The position numbers and the translations under genes are program-made. DNA of 64,000 nt from a virus (Duplodnaviria; Heunggongvirae; Uroviricota; Caudoviricetes): positions 1 through 64,000 of IMG/VR virus record IMGVR_UViG_3300037471_001511. The stretch is one strand, 5' to 3'. This document shows, one piece after another, positions 27,271 to 36,289 of this stretch (the first letter of the stretch is position 1; each line of letters begins with the position of its first letter). The notes below the pieces were generated by a model. That model worked only from the letters and a program-made list of their open reading frames with translations. It did no database searches and had not been told where the DNA came from.

Positions 27271-27560
27271 CCGAACAGCTTGCCGGCGCCCGCGATGGCG
27301 ATGCCGCCGATGATGGTGGCGAGGAACCCGATGACCCAGTTGATCACCTGGTCACGGCCCCGCCGGATCGCGAGTTCGTCCTTGATCTGGCCGAGCCCGG
27401 TCTCGAGGGCCTCGTGCTTGGCCTTGTTGTTCCGGTTGTCCGCCCGGATCTCTTCGAGCAGCGCGTCGAAGCGCTGGGCGAAGGTGTTGCCGAGGGCGAC
27501 GACGCGCTCGTCCAGCCGGATCAGCAGCGCGTCACGGTCGGAAGGCATGGGTTCAGACAC
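27261..27560 (-). CDS. putative holin/lysis membrane protein (single C-terminal TM)
   Basis: WVIGFLATIIGGIAIAGAG TM; immediately upstream of endolysin. Confidence 0.45.
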   Translation of the reverse strand: MSEPMPSDRDALLIRLDERVVALGNTFAQRFDALLEEIRADNRNNKAKHEALETGLGQIKDELAIRRGRDQVINWVIGFLATIIGGIAIAGAGKLFGWG

Positions 27561-27738
27561 GGCGCCGCTCTCCCGCCAGTTTCGGGTCCAGATCTCCGAA
27601 CAGCTCGAGGTACTTGGCGCGGATGGTGGCCACGAGAAAATCGCTGGCGCTGCGATGGCCCAAGGCCTTCGCGACCGCAGCCAGACGGAGGCGGTCTTCG
27701 TGTTCGCCGTAAGCGATGATGCCGTGGTTCCGTGCCAT
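27553..27738 (-). CDS. ribbon-helix-helix (CopG/ParD-like) protein
   Basis: GIIAYGEHEDRLRLAAVAKALGHRSASDFLVATIRAKY fits beta-alphaA-alphaB RHH. Confidence 0.5.
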   Translation of the reverse strand: MARNHGIIAYGEHEDRLRLAAVAKALGHRSASDFLVATIRAKYLELFGDLDPKLAGERRRV

Positions 27739-27790
27739 CGCGGATGGATGGCACGGCTTCGCTATCAGGTCTCTGGGGTCGTGCCTGAAG

Positions 27791-27801
27791 GTTCTACTGG
27801 A
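27791..27801. promoter_or_regulatory. motif half-copy GTTCTACTGGA upstream of the RHH gene
   Basis: same half-site as at 12658. Confidence 0.3.
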
Positions 27802-27804
27802 TAA

Positions 27805-28185
27805 TCACACTTCCTCACGCAGTCGAACGCCGAAGCGTTCCGGCGTGAGATCCAGTTGATCGTGCGCGTCCCACGCCCGTTCGACCAAGTCGACCACGGT
27901 GCGTTTCTGGAAGCCCAGTTCGCGGGTCAGGTCGACGGTCTGGCCTTCGGTGGTCATGATTACGGCTTGGTAGGGCGGTTGGGGCGCGATGAAATACGGC
28001 TCGAGCGCCTTGCCGTCTTCGCCGCAGACCGACCCGGTCAGCTCGAACACCAGTCGCGTCGGGTTCTTCAGCACCAGGTTCGTGCGGATCTTCACGATCC
28101 GCCCGGTCTCCGTCTCGAAGACGGTGTCTTCCGGGTTGATGTCCGTCAGGGTGTCGGTGATTTCGGTCGGGTTCTTGTTCGGCAT
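27805..28185 (-). CDS. hypothetical protein (126 aa)
   Basis: between gpJ-like gene and RHH gene. Confidence 0.45.
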   Translation of the reverse strand: MPNKNPTEITDTLTDINPEDTVFETETGRIVKIRTNLVLKNPTRLVFELTGSVCGEDGKALEPYFIAPQPPYQAVIMTTEGQTVDLTRELGFQKRTVVDLVERAWDAHDQLDLTPERFGVRLREEV

Positions 28186-28188
28186 GGC

Positions 28189-31100
28189 TCACAACCGGAT
28201 TGTGTATTTTCCACCCCCGCCGAGAGGCGGAGGCGGCGGGGGCGAGTAACCACCTGTCGTCAACTGGGTCAGCATGGCGCCGATGTAGAAGTACCGGCTG
28301 ATGTCCGTCCAATACGCGCCGGCGTTTTGCAGCGTGGCCGCGACATAGGTCATGGTCTGCAGGTCGAGGAACACATGATACCAGGTGTTCGCCGACAGGC
28401 CGTTGATCGCCGCGCCAGGCGCGCTCAGCGTTTCGGGACCGGGCAGCGTGTAGGTGTGCGCCGCGACGACGATGGCCGTTGAGAACGAGGACATCGGCGC
28501 GTCGTTGTCGCGGAAGTAGCTGTTGCCGGTCAACACGTTGCGCGCCAGCGCCCGGTAGTTGGTCATCACCCCCGACGTGTCGAAGTGCTGGGTGCGGTCG
28601 ACCACGTACTGGGAGTCCTGCAGGTTGCCCAGCGGCGTGCCCTGCGGCGCGCCGATCGTGGCGCCGAACTCGCCTTCCATGCCCTCCGTGAACGACGGAT
28701 TGGTCGTGGCGGTGCTGTGGATCTGCCGCAGGAACGGCATCTCGATCCCGAGCGTGCAGCCGCCGGTGGTCGTCGTGGCCTTCAGACCGATGAACTCCAC
28801 GTAGCAGAACTTGGCGGTGGCCGGGGCGTCGACGATCTCGAACGCCTCGGTGTCGTCCACGGTCGCGTCGAAGCTGCTCACCGGGGTCGGGTCGGCGATC
28901 GGCGTCAGGTTCTTGGTGAAGAACTTCACCCGCACACGCAGGCCGGTCGCGCCGGGACCGCGGCCGGTCAGGGTTCCCCCGCCCGCGTAGCGCTTGCCGC
29001 CCTTGATCTTGATGTACTGCGCCTTTCCCTTGGTGGTGTCGACGCCCAAGCTGCAGGCCGCGAACACGGTGTTGCCGGCCTGGCCCGTGCTGGTGCCGAG
29101 GATCATCACGGGATCCCCGGTCGTTCCGCCGAGGATCAGGCTCGAGGTGTTCAGCGTCGCCCCGCCGCCCGGGTTCTGGGTGATCGAGTGACCTTTGATG
29201 CCGAGCTGGTAGCGGGTCAGGCGGATCAGGTTGGAGCCGGCCGCGTTGATCGCGGACAGATCAGCCCCACTGGCCGACGCCGCGACATCGACTTGGGCAG
29301 GCACCGTGTACCAGTTCAGATCCTGCTGGCTGTAGGCGTCGTAGTGCGCCACCTGCACCGAATAGCTGCCCGGGGCGAGCGGGATGGTGACCTGCGCCGC
29401 CTTACCCGCGTCCTTCGCCGGTAGCCCGTTCACCTGCACCAGCGTGCCGGCGAAGTCGAGTTCGGGCGGCGGATCCCAGTCGACCAGCAGCGCGCCGGTC
29501 AACCCGGTCGCGTCCACGCCCACGGGCGTGGCCGGGGCCGGGTTGGTGACCGTCAGCTCGATTTCCGGCGACTCCTCGCCGAACTGATCGACGCAGCAGA
29601 CCTGGAAAGTGAAGGTCCGCAGGATCGTGCTCGCGAGCTGGTCGGGGAAATTGTACTTCCACGACCGCGCGTCGTTCACGTCGGCCTGCCGCACGAGCTG
29701 GCCGGTGTCGGGGTCGATGATCTTCACCCGGTAGGTCTTGAACAGCGGATCCGGGCTCAGCGGCGGATCCCACTCGAACACCGGGTCGAGCGTCTCGAAC
29801 GTCGTGCCGCCGCCGACCAGGCGCACGTTCTCGGGCGGGTCGAGCGCGCGGATCAGCAGGTCGCCGATCTCGTCGTTGTCGGAGACGTTGAAGAAGATCC
29901 GCACCGGCTTGCTTTCGCGGCCGAGCACGTTGATCGCCGTCACGTCGAAGACGTACTGACCCCGCTGCGCGTACGGCATGCGGAACTCGGTCAGGTACGT
30001 CTCCGACTCGTTGATCGGCTGGTTATTGACGTAGGCCTTGACCCGGAACCGGCGTACCCAGCGGTTCAGCGGCTTCACCCAGCTGATCACCAGGATCCGG
30101 CTGACGACGGCGCCGTGACGCTCGGTCAGCACGTCCACCTTCGCGCCGCGGATCTCGTCGACGAAGGTGTTGCTCAGGTCCGTGTAGCTCAGGTCGGGCT
30201 GTTCGACCGCCGTGTCGATGTAGGCGAACTTGTTCCGGTTCAGCTCGAGGGCGGTGAGCGTGATCACCTCGCCGGTGCTGGAGTCGTCGTCGATGTCGAG
30301 CAGACGGTACGGCTTGGGCAGGCCGGTCACCCCGTCGGCCGACAACGCGAAGGCGGCGTACTCCGGCAGGTTGTCCGGCAGGTCGTCGGCGAACTCGAGC
30401 GTGCTCAGGCCCGAGCCGGCCGGGGTGGCGACCTCGAGCTGGACGATCTTGAACGGGTTGGTTTCCCCGGCCGGGTAAGCCGGGTTCCGGATGGTGAAGG
30501 TGGCGATGTAGGTGAAGCCCGCCTCGAGCGAGACAGGGTCGCGCAGGGAGACCTGGCGCGGCCCGGTCACTTCGCGCACGCGCCCGGACAGGCCCCGCCC
30601 CTGTTTGGGATCGGCCACGAGGATCACGTCCCACTCGCGGAGGAACTTGCCCTGCCGGTTGGTGGTGAAGGTGACGAACTCCTTTTCGGTCAGGCCGCCG
30701 ATCAGGCGCCGGCGCATGCGCCGGTCGGCCTCCCACACGTTGGTGCAGCCGACCATCTCGAAGGGCTCGGTGATCCGGCCGTAGTCGGCGATGTCCTGCT
30801 CGTCGCGGAGGATGCGGGTGTCCGACTGCCAGTTCAGCTCCGGATTGATGAAGGTGCCCTGGATCTCGTTGGCGCGGGTCTGGCGGTCCGAGTAGCTGTA
30901 CTTGAAGCCGTCCTCGCTGACGTTCTCGGGCGTGAACAGCGCCACCGGATCATCGTTGGCGTCGATCAGGATCTCGACGTTGCCCGCGCCGTCGTCCACG
31001 TATTTGGCCGCGCCGATCGAGGCGATGAACTGCGCCATCTCCCGCGCGTCGCGGGGCTGCTGCAGGTAGTCGTTGTAGGTCCAGCGCGGCTGGGTCGTGC

Positions 31101-32643
31101 CGTCGGGCAGCGGCACCCGCTCGTCGCAGGACACGCCCCACTGGTAGATCTGGGCGTTGTTGACGACGTGCGGATAGACCGACGACAGGCCGTAGCGGTC
31201 GTTCTCGACGAAGTCCTTGAACACGAAGGCGGGGTTGTTGTTGCACGCCAGCTTCCAGGTGCCGTCCCACGTTCCGCTGAAGATGCGCGTGTCGGGATCG
31301 TAGTTCGACGGCACGCGGATGATCCGGCCCATGTAGATGCCGTTCCATGTCGGCAGGGCCGTGAACTGGTCGGACGCTTGGCCGACCACGCGGGCCATCG
31401 CCAGACCGTAGAAGGTCCGCGCCTCGCGCTTGATCTCCGTGAAGCTCTCGAAGGTGACGTCGCGGAACTGGGTCTTCGCGTTGCTGTCGGGGGACAGCTT
31501 GGTCACCCGCACCTCGACCGGGTATTCCTGCTTGGGGATCAGGATCCGGATGTCCTTGGGCGTGGGCGAAGTCGCCTTGGCGACGATCGACCAGACGCCG
31601 TCCTCGGTAGACCCTGAAATGATCTGGGTGGGGCTGCCCGACTTCAGCCAGCTTCCGGTGAAGTAGATGTACCACTGACCGTTGCTGGTGTTCTTCCACA
31701 TGTCGCCCGCGACCGCGTTCTTGCGCATGTCGGCGGTGAGCGAGGGCGTAGCCGGCCAGATCCGGTGGACCCGCCCCTGCTGATCGGTGAAGCTGCCGCC
31801 GGTGATGGTGCTGGCGTCGAGGATCTGTTCCCACGTCTGCTCCGGCAGGGTGTTCAGCACCACGTCGTCGGCGAACAGCGCCACCGGGTGGGATTGGGCG
31901 TAGAGCGTGCCGGTGAGCGTATCCTCGTAGACCGCGTTCGGATCGGTGACGGTCGTGGAGACCGAGGGCGGCCCCTCCCCGGTCACGATCTGGCGGGAGC
32001 CTTGGAAGGTGGCCGACGTCGGCGCCGAGGCGGTGGTGTCGCTGGTCCAGTGGTCGCCGGTCGGATCGCCGCTCGGCGGGAACGTGTCCGGCACCTCGAT
32101 GTGGGCGGCCGCCGGGATCGCGGGACGCCACGCCGCCTCGTGGATGCCTTTCCACTCGAGCTTGACCTTCAGGTCGAGTTCGAAGGTGCCGTCGTCGTTG
32201 GTCTTCTGCAGGTTGTTGACGACGAGGCGGAAGTCGATGGCGTCGATGCCGTAGGTCAGACCACGGCGGACGACGGGCGTGTCCTGGGCCAGCGGTACGC
32301 CCACCTGGATCGGGTTCGCGAAGCCGCCGAGGTGCATCGCCACCTCGTGGCCGGTCTCGTTGCCGGGCCAGGTGTCGAGCGTGAAGTTCTTGAAGTTGGG
32401 CTTGCCGCTGCCCTCGTTGATCAGCGGCGTGTCGTCCAGCATGAACGACTTCGGCCCGTTCTTCAGACCGAGGATCGGCCCCTCGGAGATCCCGAGCAGC
32501 ACCTCGACCGTATCGTCCGACCGCAGCGTGTCCGGCGTGCGTTGGGGCGAGTCGCCCGAGCCGCCCTTGCGGAAGAGCAGTTCCTGTCCCATCACGCCGC
32601 CTCGCTGAACATCTCGGGGGTGACGACGGCGCGGCCCACGCAA
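28189..32643 (-). CDS. tail tip/host-specificity protein (lambda gpJ-like), 1484 aa
   Basis: size, position after gpI-like gene, Thr/Gly/Asp-rich beta-rich sequence with fibronectin-III-like stretches. Confidence 0.75.
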   Translation of the reverse strand: MRGPRRRHPRDVQRGGVMGQELLFRKGGSGDSPQRTPDTLRSDDTVEVLLGISEGPILGLKNGPKSFMLDDTPLINEGSGKPNFKNFTLDTWPGNETGHEVAMHLGGFANPIQVGVPLAQDTPVVRRGLTYGIDAIDFRLVVNNLQKTNDDGTFELDLKVKLEWKGIHEAAWRPAIPAAAHIEVPDTFPPSGDPTGDHWTSDTTASAPTSATFQGSRQIVTGEGPPSVSTTVTDPNAVYEDTLTGTLYAQSHPVALFADDVVLNTLPEQTWEQILDASTITGGSFTDQQGRVHRIWPATPSLTADMRKNAVAGDMWKNTSNGQWYIYFTGSWLKSGSPTQIISGSTEDGVWSIVAKATSPTPKDIRILIPKQEYPVEVRVTKLSPDSNAKTQFRDVTFESFTEIKREARTFYGLAMARVVGQASDQFTALPTWNGIYMGRIIRVPSNYDPDTRIFSGTWDGTWKLACNNNPAFVFKDFVENDRYGLSSVYPHVVNNAQIYQWGVSCDERVPLPDGTTQPRWTYNDYLQQPRDAREMAQFIASIGAAKYVDDGAGNVEILIDANDDPVALFTPENVSEDGFKYSYSDRQTRANEIQGTFINPELNWQSDTRILRDEQDIADYGRITEPFEMVGCTNVWEADRRMRRRLIGGLTEKEFVTFTTNRQGKFLREWDVILVADPKQGRGLSGRVREVTGPRQVSLRDPVSLEAGFTYIATFTIRNPAYPAGETNPFKIVQLEVATPAGSGLSTLEFADDLPDNLPEYAAFALSADGVTGLPKPYRLLDIDDDSSTGEVITLTALELNRNKFAYIDTAVEQPDLSYTDLSNTFVDEIRGAKVDVLTERHGAVVSRILVISWVKPLNRWVRRFRVKAYVNNQPINESETYLTEFRMPYAQRGQYVFDVTAINVLGRESKPVRIFFNVSDNDEIGDLLIRALDPPENVRLVGGGTTFETLDPVFEWDPPLSPDPLFKTYRVKIIDPDTGQLVRQADVNDARSWKYNFPDQLASTILRTFTFQVCCVDQFGEESPEIELTVTNPAPATPVGVDATGLTGALLVDWDPPPELDFAGTLVQVNGLPAKDAGKAAQVTIPLAPGSYSVQVAHYDAYSQQDLNWYTVPAQVDVAASASGADLSAINAAGSNLIRLTRYQLGIKGHSITQNPGGGATLNTSSLILGGTTGDPVMILGTSTGQAGNTVFAACSLGVDTTKGKAQYIKIKGGKRYAGGGTLTGRGPGATGLRVRVKFFTKNLTPIADPTPVSSFDATVDDTEAFEIVDAPATAKFCYVEFIGLKATTTTGGCTLGIEMPFLRQIHSTATTNPSFTEGMEGEFGATIGAPQGTPLGNLQDSQYVVDRTQHFDTSGVMTNYRALARNVLTGNSYFRDNDAPMSSFSTAIVVAAHTYTLPGPETLSAPGAAINGLSANTWYHVFLDLQTMTYVAATLQNAGAYWTDISRYFYIGAMLTQLTTGGYSPPPPPPLGGGGKYTIRL

Positions 32644-33764
32644 CCGAAGCGGTCGTCGTAGGTCATGCAGCTGGCTTCCTGCTCGCTCAGGTACGCGTGC
32701 CGGGCGGAGTGGGAGTCGGGCGCGGCCAGCGTCGGGTGCTGGATCACCTTGACGCCCGGGAACTCCTTCTCGTCGACGTGGTGCCGGTGCCCGGTGTGGA
32801 TGTAGCGCTTGCGGGTCGCGCCCCAGACCACCGGGTAGCGCGCGGCGAACAGCAGCGGCAGGCTCTCGTTCTTGGCCAGATGGCCGTGGTGCATGCCCAG
32901 CATCACCACGCCGTGCTGGTGGACGTAGTAGGGCAGTTCGGAGTCATCGACGAACAGCCGCGGCTCGCGCTCGTACAGCGCCTTGAACATGTGCCGCAGC
33001 CACAGCGAGGACACGAGGTCGTGGTTGCCCTCCGCGAACACCACGTAGACTTCCTCGTGCGTGCGCAGCGCCAGGTCGATCATCCGCCGCAGCACCCGGA
33101 TCGCCGCCGCGATGATCTCCGAGAGCTTGCCGGCCGCGTCGAGGACGTGGCCGTGGGTGGGCGTGACCGGCAGCAGGCTGTCGAAGTGCAGGAAGTCGCC
33201 TTGGATGTTCAGCAGCGCCGTCCGGGCCGCCGGCGCCGAGACCAGCATGTGGCGAAACACCGAGAACAGCAGCCGCTCGGCGATCTCGATGTTCCAGTCG
33301 GCGCCGGTCTCCTTGCCCCAAGCCAGCATGCCGAGGTGGTAGTCGGTGAAGGTGTAGAGGTTCAGCAGGTGGGCGAAGACGTCGTCCGGCGGCGCGATCG
33401 GCTCGAGCCGAGGCAGCTCCGCGGTCATCGCCTCGAGCGCGGCCTGCCGTGCGGCCTCGAGCTGCTCGGCGTCCGGCTTGGCCTGCACCCACTGGCCGCC
33501 GACCTTGCCGTCACGGCCGTAATAGGTGGACACCTTGCTGACTTGGAAGGTGTCGGGCACCGGGCGGGTCATCCCGTGTTCAGGCGCGTAGCCGCGGCTC
33601 GCTGCCTTGGCGACCAGTCGCTTGATCGTCACCCGGATGGTGCCGTCGCTGACGCCGAGCACCCGGGCGGCGGGACGGAAGCCGCCGTACTTGTTCACGG
33701 CCTCGAGGAACTCGCTCTGCCGGGGCGAGGCGTAGCGCTTCAGGCCCTCGTCGAGCGGCTTCAT
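32592..33764 (-). CDS. N-terminal HTH fused to calcineurin-like metallophosphoesterase, embedded in tail module
   Basis: HTH GGFRPAARVLGVSDGTIRVTIKRL; phosphoesterase motifs TDYH (DxH), QGDF (GD), FAEGNHD (GNHD), GMHHGH, HTGHRHH (GHxH). Confidence 0.7.
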   Translation of the reverse strand: MKPLDEGLKRYASPRQSEFLEAVNKYGGFRPAARVLGVSDGTIRVTIKRLVAKAASRGYAPEHGMTRPVPDTFQVSKVSTYYGRDGKVGGQWVQAKPDAEQLEAARQAALEAMTAELPRLEPIAPPDDVFAHLLNLYTFTDYHLGMLAWGKETGADWNIEIAERLLFSVFRHMLVSAPAARTALLNIQGDFLHFDSLLPVTPTHGHVLDAAGKLSEIIAAAIRVLRRMIDLALRTHEEVYVVFAEGNHDLVSSLWLRHMFKALYEREPRLFVDDSELPYYVHQHGVVMLGMHHGHLAKNESLPLLFAARYPVVWGATRKRYIHTGHRHHVDEKEFPGVKVIQHPTLAAPDSHSARHAYLSEQEASCMTYDDRFGCVGRAVVTPEMFSEAA

Positions 33765-34321
33765 TTCTTGCCCACGTCCTTGGCGTCGATGTTCAAGGAC
33801 ATGATGTGGCCGCCGCAGCGGTACTCGCCGTAGAGCAGCGGGATCGGTGTCCCGATCTTCACGGTGTTCTGGGTCGAGGGAAGGTACTTGGAGCGCTTCT
33901 CGGGGCTCTCCGGCTTGGGCACCGGGTAGAGCATCTGCATGACGCCGCCGATCACCAGCGATAGGCCCATCATGAACAGCTTCAACGACAGCGTGCCGCC
34001 GGTGAATTCGTCCATGGGCGCGATGGCGATGGCCGTGATGATCAGGACCACCCCGATGATCGTCTGGATCACCCCCTGCCGCTTGGCGAAGGTCAGCGCC
34101 GGGAAGACGTGGATGTCCTCCTCGTTGGTCGGCGCGCGCAGACTCTCCAAGCTGTAGAAGCCGGCGACCTGGACGCGCTTGCGGCCGTCGAGGTCCGGCT
34201 TGAAGCCCGGGAGCTGGCGGGTCACCAGCTCGATGGCCTCCCAGACCGTGGCCGCCACCACTTCGATCGGCCCGTCGTGGAAGGCGGCGAAGGCGCCGTG
34301 CAGGTGGACACGCTTACGCAT
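33761..34321 (-). CDS. tail assembly protein (lambda gpI-like)
   Basis: size, position and hydrophobic central segment IIGVVLIITAIAIAP. Confidence 0.55.
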   Translation of the reverse strand: MRKRVHLHGAFAAFHDGPIEVVAATVWEAIELVTRQLPGFKPDLDGRKRVQVAGFYSLESLRAPTNEEDIHVFPALTFAKRQGVIQTIIGVVLIITAIAIAPMDEFTGGTLSLKLFMMGLSLVIGGVMQMLYPVPKPESPEKRSKYLPSTQNTVKIGTPIPLLYGEYRCGGHIMSLNIDAKDVGKK

Positions 34322-34658
34322 TGACCACCGCCCTTCCCTTGACGGCGTACCAGCGTACTCCGTCGGTCCCGACGATGGCGTGCAGCCACGCGGGCCAGCC
34401 CCGGAAGGTCTCCCAGTCTTCGGTGGTCAAAGTGGCGCTGGCGTCCGGATGGGTGTGCCAGCTCGCCACCACGCGGTGTTCGTACGGGATCAGTTGCCCG
34501 ACGTCGAAGACCGCCAGGTTTTCAGGGTCGTCGGCCAGATTGATGAACTCGACGACGCTGCCGTCGTCGAGGATCACCCCTCCCCGTTCAGGTCCGGGGG
34601 CCAGCCGCTCCGTCAGCGCCGCGTCGAGTTCTGAGTTCTTCCAGGCGGCGTTCGACAT
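34314..34658 (-). CDS. JAB/MPN-domain protein (lambda gpK N-terminal-like) as a separate gene
   Basis: SWHTHPDASATLTTED approximates the JAMM HxHx7Sx2D motif. Confidence 0.5.
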   Translation of the reverse strand: MSNAAWKNSELDAALTERLAPGPERGGVILDDGSVVEFINLADDPENLAVFDVGQLIPYEHRVVASWHTHPDASATLTTEDWETFRGWPAWLHAIVGTDGVRWYAVKGRAVVNA

Positions 34659-35109
34659 GCTGCGGGAGCACCGTTCGGAAATCGACAGCGGTCTCGACGC
34701 GGACCCTCGGCGCGCTCTTGTGCCGATAGACCCCGACGAGGTTGTTCCTGAAGATCCCGCCGTAAGCGGTCTCGCAGGACAGTTGTCCGACTAGGTGATG
34801 CAGGATCCTGTTATTGTCGAGCCAGATCATGCAGTGATTTCCAATGGAACTTTCCACTGCGGACACCAGCACGTCGCCGACTTTCCACTCCCGTGGATTT
34901 AATTCCACTGGAACGAAATCTTCCTCGGCCGCCAGATCACGGAACAGGTCGAGCGAGCAGAACCCCTGCCCCCAGTTGGCCGGGTAGGGGTAGTCGCTCA
35001 GCTCGAGGCCGAAGTTGTCCCGGTAGAAGTCCCGCACCAGCGTGTAGCAGTAGCGGGCGTTGGGATCCCACGGGATGCCGATCAGGTGCCGGTAGCGCAG
35101 CTCGTTCAT
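34588..35109 (-). CDS. NlpC/P60-family protein (lambda gpK C-terminal-like)
   Basis: RYCYTLV...GNHCMIW...HH Cys/His pattern; ATG 35109. Confidence 0.55.
   Translation of the reverse strand: MNELRYRHLIGIPWDPNARYCYTLVRDFYRDNFGLELSDYPYPANWGQGFCSLDLFRDLAAEEDFVPVELNPREWKVGDVLVSAVESSIGNHCMIWLDNNRILHHLVGQLSCETAYGGIFRNNLVGVYRHKSAPRVRVETAVDFRTVLPQHVERRLEELRTRRGADGAAGPRT
34837..34915. promoter_or_regulatory. intragenic cluster of four motif-family copies inside the NlpC/P60 gene
   Basis: ATTTCCAATGGAAC, TTTCCACTGCGGAC, TTTCCACTCCCGTGGA, ATTCCACTGGAACG within 80 bp; local GC clearly below genome average. Confidence 0.45.
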
Positions 35110-35906
35110 CACAGCACCACGAACGGATAACCTTCGCTCGGCGAGAAGATCCGGCGCGGCGTCTGCCATGCCGGCATGTCGAGCGGCGAACCGAGTTCGA
35201 GCGTCAGCACCTGGTCGGTGACCTCGAGCGGCCGGCGCACCAGCCACAGGCGCTTCTGGAAGATGTTGACGTTGGCGAGCACGTGCCGGCCGAGCACGCG
35301 GAAGCGCGTCACCTCCGCCAGATCGAAGAAGCCCTCGGCAGCGTAGGCGCCGAAGACGTTCTCCGGGTTGACCACGATCAGTTTCGGCCGGGCCGCCTGG
35401 TCGTCGGTCGAGCGCCGCTCGCCCTGCATCTGACAGGCCAGCGCCTCATAGGTCTCGCCCTGCCAGACAATCTCGGCGCCGTCGCTCACGGCCTGGGTGA
35501 AGCGGTAGATGATGCCCACCTTCTTCAGGCGGATCTCCCACAGGTCGACGTAGCCGTCGGCCTCGAGCTTGAGCGACTCGTCGATGTGGTCCCCGGGCGG
35601 CGCCCCCGGGCCGACCTGCGGGACGCTGGGCGGCAGCGGCGGAGGCGGCGGAGGCGGCGGAGGCGGCGGCGAGGGCAGCGGACCGGGATCGTCGGGGCTG
35701 TCGTAGAGCACCGCGAACGCGGTCAGCTTGGAGACCTTGTACTCTTCCGACGGGACGAGTACCGCGAACTTGCTGATCTTGGTGGCGACGACAGCGTCCG
35801 AAGGCGGCCCCAGCACCGCGAAGCCCGTTACCTTGGTGACGACGGGATTGCCGGTCGGGGGCGTCAGGACCGCGAACGCTACGAGCTTGGAGACGTCCAC
35901 GCTCAC
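35109..35906 (-). CDS. minor tail protein (lambda gpL-like) with N-terminal 4x repeat module and polyproline linker
   Basis: repeats VSKLVAFAVLTPP, VTKVTGFAVLGPP, ATKISKFAVLVP, VSKLTAFAVLYDSP; PPPPPPPPPPPLPP; gpL-like C-terminal half. Confidence 0.6.
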   Translation of the reverse strand: MSVDVSKLVAFAVLTPPTGNPVVTKVTGFAVLGPPSDAVVATKISKFAVLVPSEEYKVSKLTAFAVLYDSPDDPGPLPSPPPPPPPPPPPLPPSVPQVGPGAPPGDHIDESLKLEADGYVDLWEIRLKKVGIIYRFTQAVSDGAEIVWQGETYEALACQMQGERRSTDDQAARPKLIVVNPENVFGAYAAEGFFDLAEVTRFRVLGRHVLANVNIFQKRLWLVRRPLEVTDQVLTLELGSPLDMPAWQTPRRIFSPSEGYPFVVL

Positions 35907-36289
35907 AGCGGTTGCTCCACCAAGGTCAGCTCGAGCTTGTCGGTGGCCCCCGCCGCGTTCTTCAGGCTCTGCGGCGTCTCAAGCGGCTCCTTGAACCGGA
36001 CGATCAGAGTTCCATACACCGGGTGCGGGTAGAGGAACTTCTTCCAGGTCTGGTGTTCCTCATAGAACTCGATCAGCCGCTGCATGTTGATGCCCGGCTC
36101 GGTCGCGGTGTCGGCCGAACCGTCGTCGTTCAGGAACCAGACCATCGCCTCGAAGGTCAGCTTGAACGTCCGCTGCGGCGGACCGAACGGCTTGGCGGCG
36201 AACTCGTAGCCGTTGCCGAACTTGAAGCTGTCGCCCTTCGGGTAGACGTGGGTGACCGTGTGGTTGGGGAAATCGAAGATCTCCATCAC
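35903..36289 (-). CDS. minor tail protein (lambda gpM-like)
   Basis: size and position between tape measure and gpL-like gene. Confidence 0.55.
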   Translation of the reverse strand: MMEIFDFPNHTVTHVYPKGDSFKFGNGYEFAAKPFGPPQRTFKLTFEAMVWFLNDDGSADTATEPGINMQRLIEFYEEHQTWKKFLYPHPVYGTLIVRFKEPLETPQSLKNAAGATDKLELTLVEQPL

